A DNA stretch of 64,000 nt from Candidatus Anstonellales archaeon. Its GTDB lineage: Archaea; Micrarchaeota; Micrarchaeia; Anstonellales; J096. Under the pieces are notes generated by a model, which searched no databases, was not told the DNA's origin, and saw nothing but the letters and a program-made list of their open reading frames with translations. The stretch lies in contig JAWAFD010000005.1 of NCBI GenBank assembly GCA_038890745.1, positions 8,817 to 72,816 of the forward strand, read 5' to 3'. Both the position numbers and the translations under genes were made by a program. Shown here in pieces: positions 8,965 through 17,700 of this stretch (position 1 is its first letter; the number at the start of each line of letters is the position of its first letter).

Positions 8965-9480
8965 ATGGTGATAGGTGTAAAAGAGAGGAAGGATAAGGAA
9001 GTTAAGTTTTCTGATAAAATTAGGAGAAATTTTGAGAGGTTTAAGGATAAGGTTGAGGGATTGGGGAAGAAGGCAATTATTTTAGGTGGAGTTGGGATTG
9101 GAGTAGGTCTAGGGTGTGCGAGTGATGGAATTAGAACATACAATATAGGTAGTAGAACATACTATATCTTATCTACTTCTGAGATCGAAAAAATGAGCAT
9201 AGATGAATTAAGGGCCCATATTTATAAGGGTGCAACGACAAGAGACGATAGTATAACTTGTCTAGCCATGTATATGGCTGCAAGATGGGGATCCATAATA
9301 GGGCATATACCGTTTGCTGATGAGTGGGGACGGATAATTCCAGAACCTACTCTTGAAGAACTACTGATAATAATGGGGGACGGAGCTGGAAACGACCAAC
9401 CACCATACTACATTACAATACTCCTTGGATTATACGGTAGAACAAGTAGCGACGGTAGAACAGAGTTGGTTCCCAAATAA
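8965..9480 (+). CDS. Small variable partner protein 3
   Basis: Conserved 53-aa head. The variable tail carries TTRDDSIT. Confidence 0.65.
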   Translation: MVIGVKERKDKEVKFSDKIRRNFERFKDKVEGLGKKAIILGGVGIGVGLGCASDGIRTYNIGSRTYYILSTSEIEKMSIDELRAHIYKGATTRDDSITCLAMYMAARWGSIIGHIPFADEWGRIIPEPTLEELLIIMGDGAGNDQPPYYITILLGLYGRTSSDGRTELVPK

Positions 9481-9520
9481 AAAACAAATAAAGTAAAACT
9501 TTATTAATAACTATGTATGT

Positions 9521-10231
9521 CTAATATGCACACAGGATTCGAATTTTTAATTCCTTCAAACTTTTTGGTGGGCTAGAGTAGACATCTCTAATGTCTCTTC
9601 TCTCGCTAGCAAAAGTAGCTTGGTCAACTCCAATGTCTCCTAATACTTTTGTAAAGTCTTGTAGGTTAAAAGTTTCTATGTTCATCAAGTAGGGATATAA
9701 TGTGGATATTTTATGCAACAGGTATGGTTCGAATTCGCCTCCTACATACAAACCGCGTAGTGTTGTTTTTTTGTCTTCTTCATCTAGATTTTGATAGTCA
9801 ACATTTCCAGTTAAAACATTATAAGCAAGGTCATAGTCATGTGCTTTTTCTCTAAAGTAGTTCTGAAGTTCTCTGAGTGCTTTTTCATCTCCGTTAATTG
9901 CTCTATCAAGATCTCTTCTAAGCTTGATGTCTTTTTCATCTGTAAGTTTCTCAGGATCTGCTGTAAGTGTAATAGCCAATAATCCATATACTGTTTTTTC
10001 TGCCTTATATTTCTCCGGATTCATATACGCATCCATCAATATTTTTCTCGCCTCTCTTAACTCTCCTTCGTTCATCCCTAAACTTATTACATCATCTCCA
10101 ATCCGTATGTTTCCTTTCCAAGCAATTGATAAGGAAGCTATTATTTGAAGTGTATTTTGCGCCTCTTCATACGGTTTGGCTTTATCTATTGTTGCTTGGA
10201 GGTCTTGGTATTCTGGAGTTCCTTGCTGCAC
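9521..10231 (-). CDS. Orphan C-terminal cassette 3 (called from GTG = Val of TVQQGTPEY; frame open further upstream)
   Basis: The head QQGTPEYQDLQATIDKAKPYEEAQNTLQIIASLSIAWKGNIRIGDDVISLGMNEGELREARKILMDAYMNPEKY is followed by a unique tail. The upstream in-frame sequence encodes ...EQTNQAFLLSRTFDPKIIEAANEAKKQLPTV, homologous to the full-length gene. Confidence 0.6.
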   Translation of the reverse strand: MQQGTPEYQDLQATIDKAKPYEEAQNTLQIIASLSIAWKGNIRIGDDVISLGMNEGELREARKILMDAYMNPEKYKAEKTVYGLLAITLTADPEKLTDEKDIKLRRDLDRAINGDEKALRELQNYFREKAHDYDLAYNVLTGNVDYQNLDEEDKKTTLRGLYVGGEFEPYLLHKISTLYPYLMNIETFNLQDFTKVLGDIGVDQATFASERRDIRDVYSSPPKSLKELKIRILCAY

Positions 10232-10335
10232 TGTAGGAAGTTGTTTTTTTGCTTCATTAGCGGCCTCTATAATTTTTGGGTCAAAGGTTCTACTTAATAA
10301 AAATGCTTGGTTTGTTTGCTCAGTTATTTTTAGGA
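10000..10335. repeat. Cassette homology block, copy in orphan 3
   Basis: See 7285..7620. Confidence 0.85.
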
Positions 10336-10382
10336 GCAGGTAGGGGATAGGTTTTTAACTATTTCTTAGCATATTATGGTAT

Positions 10383-10835
10383 ATGATGATAGGTGTAAAA
10401 GAGAGGAAGGATAAGGGAGATAAGTTTTCTGATAAGATTAGGAGAAATTTTGAGAGGTTTAAAGAGAGAGTTGAACTAAAAGTAAAAAACACATCACCAA
10501 AGACAGGAATCTTATTATCTGCTCTGTTATTTGGAGAGTGGAGTCTCGTCAGCCTAGATGGTATGAAGTCAGTCCTTGAAGAATCTGACCCGATTTATGG
10601 TCAAGTTTTCACAGAACTCTGCGATAAGATCTACTCTCGATGCACTACGAAACAAGATAGTATAGACGTTGCAAGAGCTACACTTAAAGAAGCCACTGGA
10701 AGTAGCGATCCAGAGATGTGGGTAAAAGTTTTTAGTAATCTTCTCAGCAACAGTTTTAGAGATGGAAAATGTACAAACGAGGACTTTAAGTTATTGCTAA
10801 TATTTTATGCTACTATTCCATATGCAAGCCAATGA
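10383..10835 (+). CDS. Small variable partner protein 2
   Basis: MMIGVKERKDKGDKFSDKIRRNFERFKERVE head with a type-B promoter. The tail carries TTKQDSID. Its 3' end overlaps 10813..11727 by 23 nt, convergently. Confidence 0.6.
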   Translation: MMIGVKERKDKGDKFSDKIRRNFERFKERVELKVKNTSPKTGILLSALLFGEWSLVSLDGMKSVLEESDPIYGQVFTELCDKIYSRCTTKQDSIDVARATLKEATGSSDPEMWVKVFSNLLSNSFRDGKCTNEDFKLLLIFYATIPYASQ

Positions 10836-11727
10836 TAGATTTAAGCCCAATGGCAGTAGAAACTGCGAAATAATATCCTATAAGTAGATTCTGTTTAAAA
10901 TATACACTGCCCATCTCTTCTACTTTATTTTGTTTTTTATCTAGATCAGTAATAATATTGGCAAGATGTTCTGAACTTGGTCTGATTTCTACGGATGGGA
11001 GTCTTATCCCATCTATCATGAAATTCGCTATCGACATTGCATAGTATGGGGCTACCCTATCAGAAGCCTCTTTATTACCCGTTCCTGCTTTATTAAAAAT
11101 GTCTAAAGCTTTTGGCATTGCATTTTGTATAGCCGCGACTTCATCTTTGGTCAAATTATCTGATTTTTTTCCAACTTCGACTCCTGCGATCTCCTGAGCT
11201 AAAAATATCCGCGCATTAGTAGATATAAAGGTGGACAAAGTGGGCATAAGTATATTAAATTCTTGTGCTAACAAACTTATGCTGGCGTAATCAAGACCAA
11301 TTAATGCCTTCTCTATCTCCTCCTGACTCGCTCCTTTTTCCAATAAATCTGCTATTTCTTTTGCTTTATCCGCCGCTCTCTCATACAAACTTATTTGTTC
11401 TCTTTTCCATTCCTCAAACTGTTTTTCATTAGGAAGTTTTCCTTCCCATTTAGTTAGATAAGCAGCATATAAGCTTCTTTCTATTTCTGTTGCTGGCATT
11501 AGTTCTGACCAATCTTTTCCATATAAAGAGATTATCTTTTCTCTCGCTTCTTTTAGTTCTTTTTCATTCATCCCTAAACTTATTATATCATCTCCAATCC
11601 GTATGTTTCCTTTCCAAGCAATTGATAAGGAAGCTATTATTTGAAGTGTATTTTGCGCATCTTCATACGGTTTGGCTTTATCTATTTTTGCTTGGAGGTC
11701 TTGGTATTCTGGAGTTCCTTGCTGCAC
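10813..11727 (-). CDS. Orphan C-terminal cassette 2 (subfamily B tail)
   Basis: The head is identical up to ...IISLGMNE. It then switches to KELKEAREKIISLYGKDWSELMPATEIERSLYAAYLTKWEGKLPNEKQFEEWKREQISLYERAA plus a unique tail ending NLLIGYYFAVSTAIGL, which is hydrophobic. Confidence 0.6.
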   Translation of the reverse strand: MQQGTPEYQDLQAKIDKAKPYEDAQNTLQIIASLSIAWKGNIRIGDDIISLGMNEKELKEAREKIISLYGKDWSELMPATEIERSLYAAYLTKWEGKLPNEKQFEEWKREQISLYERAADKAKEIADLLEKGASQEEIEKALIGLDYASISLLAQEFNILMPTLSTFISTNARIFLAQEIAGVEVGKKSDNLTKDEVAAIQNAMPKALDIFNKAGTGNKEASDRVAPYYAMSIANFMIDGIRLPSVEIRPSSEHLANIITDLDKKQNKVEEMGSVYFKQNLLIGYYFAVSTAIGLKSIIGLHME

Positions 11728-11830
11728 TGTAGGAAGTTGTTTTTTTGCTTCCTCGGCCTCTTTTAGAATTTTTGGGTCAAAGGTTCTACTTAATAAAAAT
11801 GCTTGGTTTGTTTGCTCAGTTATTTTTAGG
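11571..11830. repeat. Cassette homology block, copy in orphan 2 (upstream half only)
   Basis: See 7285..7620. Confidence 0.8.
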
Positions 11831-11888
11831 AGCAGGTAGGGGATAGGTTTTTAACTATTTCTTAGCATATCATAATTAGTGTATTAGT

Positions 11889-12416
11889 ATGGTAGAAAAA
11901 GTTAAAGTAAGGAAACAGGAGGATGCTAAAGAAACAGAAAATAGAGCGGGTATTTTTGAAAGGTTTAAAGATATAGTGGAGAGATTTGGAAACAAGGCTT
12001 TAATTGCTGGGGTTCTTTTAGGTGGAGGTGTTGGAGTAGGAAAAGGATTCAGTATAAACGAAGGAGCTACATCTAGGCAGGATAGCATTAAAATAGAACT
12101 TGAGTTCTGGTTAGGATACGTTGACGCTTTCCAAACCTTTGGTATCGATGGAACCATAGTTAACCCTGAATTGGCGGATGAGATATATAAAGATGCTTCA
12201 ACCAAAAGCGATAGCACTACACAAGCAATAAATTTTTGGCTTAGGGAAACAGGGCAGGTCCCATACTCAAGTATAGATGTTTGTATAATGCTCAAGATAC
12301 TGGCCACGATGGATTGGGAAGACTTAGCAACTTTCAGCCAATATGCGCAACGAATTAGCGATGGATGGCTATTAACTCAACCCTATCTTAACAAAGAGAT
12401 TAATTCAAATCGTTAA
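11889..12416 (+). CDS. Small variable partner protein 1 (partner of the full-length gene tail)
   Basis: The head MVEKVKVRKQEDAKETENRAGIFERFKDIVERFGNKALIAGVLLGGGVGVGKG is a diverged member of the same family. The tail carries TSRQDSIK. Its 3' end overlaps the 3' end of 12405..14723 by 12 nt. Confidence 0.6.
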   Translation: MVEKVKVRKQEDAKETENRAGIFERFKDIVERFGNKALIAGVLLGGGVGVGKGFSINEGATSRQDSIKIELEFWLGYVDAFQTFGIDGTIVNPELADEIYKDASTKSDSTTQAINFWLRETGQVPYSSIDVCIMLKILATMDWEDLATFSQYAQRISDGWLLTQPYLNKEINSNR

Positions 12417-14723
12417 TAGTAAAATCTTTGTTTTAAAGTTCATAGGATTTATTCCTTGATCTATTTTTTTCTTGTTATTGTCAATCTCCAAAGTAAGTTT
12501 GGAGTTTTGCTCCTTTATATCCTTCACTACTTGTTCTTGTACCTGAGGATTCGAGTCCAAAAACTGCATAGTGAATAGTATTTTATCTTCAATAGTTGGG
12601 AATTTTTTTACCTCATCTTGATATTCCACTCCACCATATTTATAAGATAGCGCAACAATATTACCAAAAACTCGGGATGTGGTTGCTTTATCAAAGGAAC
12701 TTATATCACCACCTTCCAAAAGCGTTAGTGCAGCATTATACGCGAGTAAACGTCTCTCTTGCTCTAGATACAGTTGATTCCTAACTCTTTCCAATGCTTT
12801 CTCATCTCCACTTGCCGCTTTTATTATATCCTCTCTCAGTTTCTTATCCTCATCTGTTATTTGTTTTTCGGGCGTTCTTAATGCAACAATAATTGGTGCA
12901 AGCAAACTTTTTTCGTCTTTATATTTCTCTCGATTCATATACGCATCCATCAATATTTCTCTCGCCTCTCTTAACTCTCCTTCGTTCATCCCTAAACTTA
13001 TTATATCATCTCCAATCCGTATGTTTCCTTTCCAAGCAATTGATAAGGAAGCTATTATTTGAAGTGTATTTTGCGCATCTTCATACGGTTTGGCTTTATC
13101 TATTTTTGCTTGGAGGTCTTGGTATTCTGGAGTTCCTTGCTGCACTGTAGGAAGTCGTTGTCTTGCTTCATTAGCGGCCTCTATAATTTTTGGGTCAAAG
13201 GTTCTACTTAATAAAAATGCTTGGTTTGTTTGCTCAGTTATTTCGGCAATGAATTTTTTTCCTTCTTCTGTGCTTAACAATTCTTTATCGTTTACTATTT
13301 CTGAACAAAGACCAAAAGCTCTTGAGAGTTGGGTGTATAATTGAGCTTTTGCTTCGTCTTCTTCTGCTTTTGCTGATGCCCTGTACAACTCTGAGAGGTT
13401 TGAGTAGATTGCCTTTTTATCTTTTGGATCTACTTCCTTTCCTTCTAAAAGCTTTTGGAGTTCGGATGAATTCTCTGTTAGGTACTTTAGCTGCTCTCTT
13501 GCCGCTCCTCTCATTAGTCCTCCCACTATTGCCTCAGAGACACCAAAAAATTCAGCTAATGAAGCAATATTTCCACGTGCAAAACCAACCATCAAAGCCG
13601 CTGAAAATATCTGGCTTACACCAAACTGTCCTGTTGCTATTGCTACTCTCTGCTGGCCTGCCCTTAACTCACCTCCTCCGCCCCCCTCCTTCACTTTCTT
13701 TCCTGTCCAGAACCTCCCTTTTCCAACTCCTCTTAATCTTTCTTCTACTATTCCCATATTCTCCGCTATCCATGCTGGTCTTCCTCTTATCAACCCTTCT
13801 TTTACCCTACCGGGAAGAATTTTTGTCGCAATTCCTCCCATTGCTTCAACCGCTTTGGTAGCTGCTCTGGTTGTTACAGAGACGCCTTTTTCCACTGCTT
13901 CAACAGCTTTTTTAATAAAAGAAACTTTCTTTCCTAACTCAACTGCTTTTCCGCCAAGTTTTTTTGCATGTGGGGCGACCTTAGCCACGACCTTAGCCTG
14001 TTGCAGAGTAATCCCTCCCTTCCCTGTTATTCTTGCTCTTTGGCCTGTAATAAATCTTAAAGTATTCAGATCAAACCAGAAAAATGGGCTTCCACCAGTG
14101 GCATAGGAAGCAGCGAGAAGCATGCCTGCGATTATAAAAAGAGGTAAGCAGATTGCAGGTGCGGTTCCTCCAAAAAGAGGAGGAAGGAGTGTTGGGATGT
14201 AAACGACTTGGGCATATGTTGGGGAAAGGGTTGCAAAAATAGGCTGACCATTTTTATTTATGTATGCTGACTCAGGCCATGGGGCTGGTTTAAACCCTCC
14301 GCATGGAGAAACATCTTCAAAAGAGGTTATACTTTCGTTTAGGCAGGGCTGGAGAAGGCAGTTTGGAGAAGAGGAGCAGCAAAACTTTACACCTATCGTA
14401 CACCCCCTTACCATCCCTGTTCCTGAGCATGTTTCGTTATAAGGTGTTAGGTCAAAAACCGCTTTTCCATTCTCATTTGTAAAAACCCTGCACCTAGAAT
14501 AAAGGTCACCAGTTGCATTATACACTTCAATAAATAGGGTTGCGTTCCCAACAGGAAGCCTTTCTCCATTATAAACGGCATACATGTATATATCTACATT
14601 TTTTTCAACCAAACCTGCAATAATCCCGGATTCATAAGCATTAAAAAGCTCCTCACAGCCAGGGCAGGGAGGCTGAGAGAAAAGCAAACTCATAAAAAAT
14701 AAAAGAAAAAATACTTTTCTCAT
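12405..14723 (-). CDS. Full-length cassette-bearing protein. It has a signal peptide, a Cys-rich ectodomain, a TM segment and a long helical region. It also carries the homology block (QQGTPEY..MNEGEL, nt about 12912..13250) and variable C-terminal module 1 (nt 12405..about 12910).
   Basis: 772 aa. The N-terminus MRKVFFLLFFMSLLFSQ matches the signal peptides of the upstream paralogs. The hydrophobic ICLPLFIIAGMLLAASYATGG is followed by R-x-GG-type motifs. The middle is nucleotide-identical to the orphan heads. It is the last gene of the 12.4-25.3 kb minus-strand operon. Confidence 0.7.
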   Translation of the reverse strand: MRKVFFLLFFMSLLFSQPPCPGCEELFNAYESGIIAGLVEKNVDIYMYAVYNGERLPVGNATLFIEVYNATGDLYSRCRVFTNENGKAVFDLTPYNETCSGTGMVRGCTIGVKFCCSSSPNCLLQPCLNESITSFEDVSPCGGFKPAPWPESAYINKNGQPIFATLSPTYAQVVYIPTLLPPLFGGTAPAICLPLFIIAGMLLAASYATGGSPFFWFDLNTLRFITGQRARITGKGGITLQQAKVVAKVAPHAKKLGGKAVELGKKVSFIKKAVEAVEKGVSVTTRAATKAVEAMGGIATKILPGRVKEGLIRGRPAWIAENMGIVEERLRGVGKGRFWTGKKVKEGGGGGELRAGQQRVAIATGQFGVSQIFSAALMVGFARGNIASLAEFFGVSEAIVGGLMRGAAREQLKYLTENSSELQKLLEGKEVDPKDKKAIYSNLSELYRASAKAEEDEAKAQLYTQLSRAFGLCSEIVNDKELLSTEEGKKFIAEITEQTNQAFLLSRTFDPKIIEAANEARQRLPTVQQGTPEYQDLQAKIDKAKPYEDAQNTLQIIASLSIAWKGNIRIGDDIISLGMNEGELREAREILMDAYMNREKYKDEKSLLAPIIVALRTPEKQITDEDKKLREDIIKAASGDEKALERVRNQLYLEQERRLLAYNAALTLLEGGDISSFDKATTSRVFGNIVALSYKYGGVEYQDEVKKFPTIEDKILFTMQFLDSNPQVQEQVVKDIKEQNSKLTLEIDNNKKKIDQGINPMNFKTKILLLTI
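12912..13250. repeat. Cassette homology block inside the expressed full-length gene
   Basis: See 7285..7620. Downstream orphans are truncated exactly upstream of this block. Confidence 0.85.
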
Positions 14724-14758
14724 AGTAGTTCTTCTAAGTGAAGCTTTAAATATCTTTT

Positions 14759-17700
14759 CTAATCATCAATCCAGCAATCCGAAACCCTTGTTTTAAGAGG
14801 AACGTCAAACCCGCAGAAATTCGCGTATGTGCTTCCTCTTACGCATTCCTTGCTCTCATTTCCCGAAGTAGAGAATAGGATAGGAATGGGTTTTATGGAG
14901 GAGGACTGAATCGATAAGAATGTTTTTGTGTTGTCCGCAACACAAATTTTTGGAAGCCCTTTTATAGAAGCAATTAGGTCTGAATACAAAGATGGCTCTG
15001 CCATCACATCCTGCAAAGGGTATTCCTCAAAAGAATACTTTCCTGCGCTGTAAACCCGACATTTTAGATTTCCAGAATAGGGAGGGGAAATACACATCTC
15101 TTTTACAACACAACCCTCTGGCCATTTCTGATTTCCAGAATATCCAGAGCACTGAAAACCAGTAAGCGGGTCGCCCAAATAATACCCATTACAAACACCT
15201 CTAAGAATGTCGACCTCATCACATTCAACGCAGACGCACTCCTCGGAAACCTCGGCTTCGCTAACAAACGCATATGGGGTAAGACCTGATGAAATCTCAG
15301 CAGAGGATTCAACAGAACAGTAATCCTGCATATTTAAAGACGAGCCATCTGAGATGCTGAAATCAGAGAAATGCATCCCAATTATCCCTGAATTAACAAA
15401 CCTTGCCCTTTGATAGGCAAGGTAGTTGAACATTCCATACTTATCTACAGGAGTGTTTACCTCTCTGATCATTAGCAGGGATGGCTTCCCGAACCTAGAA
15501 ACAAGTTTTCTTGAAATGTTGTTTAATTTTTGAACAACGTATTCGTAAAACTTTATTTTTTCCTCTTCATTGTTAAGCGGAATTTTTGGGTTTATTTTTA
15601 CTTCAACAATAAAAAGGTCTGAATTTTCCATAAGGGAATTGCATTGCTGCCCTGCAAAAGTTCCTTCCCTGGCACAGAACTCCTCTCCCGCTAAATGGTC
15701 TGACATTTCTAAACCATACGCACTGTCAAAATTCTCAAGGAAAGACCTTTCAGAGTTTATATCCTGCGAATCAATGCCGGTTATGGTAATCTCACCTGAA
15801 AGCGCAGGCATACAATAGGGGCATGGTTCCTTAACCTCCATTGCCCTCTTCTCTAAATTTATTTCATAGTTGTTTCTTTCTTTTGCATTCCCTATAACAA
15901 CAATTATCGGCCCCAAAGAGGATGCAGATTCTTTGTAATCGCCGGCATGGTTTCCTTGGTAGTCATCTGCGGCATAAAGCAGGCTTACGTATATATCGCG
16001 AAGGAGTTTGTATGCAAATGTTGCATCCTCTTTGTAAACCGTGCGCTCAGGTTCATAGCAGCTATCGCATCCATAGTAAGTTTTGTAAAGCTCATCATCT
16101 TCGGCATAAAGAACTGGCATAACCCCTGAAAATAGATAAGAAGTAAGCTTTCCTTTCATGTATTTCCAGTGAGGATAGAAATCAGGCCAGGAAACACGGG
16201 CATCATAGACATCACCATCTTGTCTTGTCGCATCCTTGCAGCCAAAAGCTAAATTGTAAGCATCGCACCTAAGCTGGTCATCACGATGCCCTCCACACGC
16301 AACCCTTGCATCAACACTACCAGTGGAGATAACACGCCCGTTTTCATAAACCTCTCCAACAGTTTTTCCCTCCCACTCATTTGGGTTTCGCGCATTCAGG
16401 TTTGAGGGTGGCAGGATCTCAAGGAGAGGGCAGTAGTTTGCTATTCTTTTGTTTATTTCATTTGTAGTATCAGCCTCGTAATCATTCTTAAAATCTTCAT
16501 AAGGTCCTTCTGGATAATCCGCAAGGTCTATTCGCGCTATTCCATTATTTTCAGAAATGGGAAGATCTTCGCTATTCGGGTCTCCGCCAGTCGGGTCATA
16601 GAATTCGTTTAATGGGTAAAGATGCTCAACAGCAATTGTGTTGAAGGTTGCAGGCTCGCACCATCCATATTCCTTTACAACTATGTTGCCCATTTCATCG
16701 GTTAAGCAGTTTCCAAAATTTCCATCCTTATTTTTTCTTATTACTATTGCTGCGGATGCATACGCGCTGCATTCGCCATCCTCTCCCTGAGAGACGCAAA
16801 AATCATCATCTGTTAAACCAGAGCATATTTCTCTCCAATTTTCACCCATGCTCGAACCATCCAACCCGAATTTCGGGGGATAGCACACGGCGATATCATC
16901 TTTGTATTCTTCGCTCATGCAGTTTTCTATAAAATTCACAACATACGTCCCTCCTTCCTGGCATCCACTCCAGGTGGTTGGAACAATCTGGCAGTAATGA
17001 AGAATTGCCCATCTCGTTGGCTGGTCGTTCGGAAGAGGATAGTTCACAATCGGGCCGAGTGTTGAGCTGACGTCCCTTGAAAGGAATATCATAATCTTCC
17101 CATTGCTTATCTTTCCTGAAACCGGTGAAGGAGGAGTAAACAACCATTCTTCTGTTTTCAGGGATGCTCTACTCACTCCTAGAGTTTCCCCATCCCACAT
17201 ATCCACACTATTTTTTGGTTCATCTGAAGCAGGAACAGATTTTGTTCTTGTTGGGTTGCAGGCAACAGAGCCATACTCGTAGGAACAGCCGCACTCAACA
17301 CCTTTGTTTGTTGAAGCATGTATGCATACACTCCTTTTGTAAACGTTATTTCCACAAACCCCAGAGTAGCACTCAAACCCGCTCTCACATTCAAACTCTG
17401 CTTTTCCACCCTCAAAAATCTGTGAGGCATAAATCGTGTGTCTAGGAAGAACGTTTGCATAATAGGTTGGAATTTCCTTAAACCCAAAAATTCCAACAGT
17501 TGCAGCAGTCAACCCGGTTCCTTCTTTTGCGAATTTTAAAACCCCGACATTTGCTGTTCTTCCATCGTTCGGATATTGTAATTCAACCTCTCCCTGGCTC
17601 CAGAAAGTATTTCCTCTACCAGCTGCGCTCTCATCCTCAACATCTGCCCAGAAAAGCCCTCCGTACCAGTGCTTCACAGAACCCGGCTCATCCCCGAAAG

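Noticed and set aside
13322-13861. 179-aa Leu-rich plus-strand ORF (also 12893..13150, 13855..14106, 11490..11732)
   Set aside because: These are antisense shadows inside the full-length cassette gene and orphan heads. Their Leu-rich composition mirrors Lys/Glu-rich sense codons. Identical copies simply follow the repeat.
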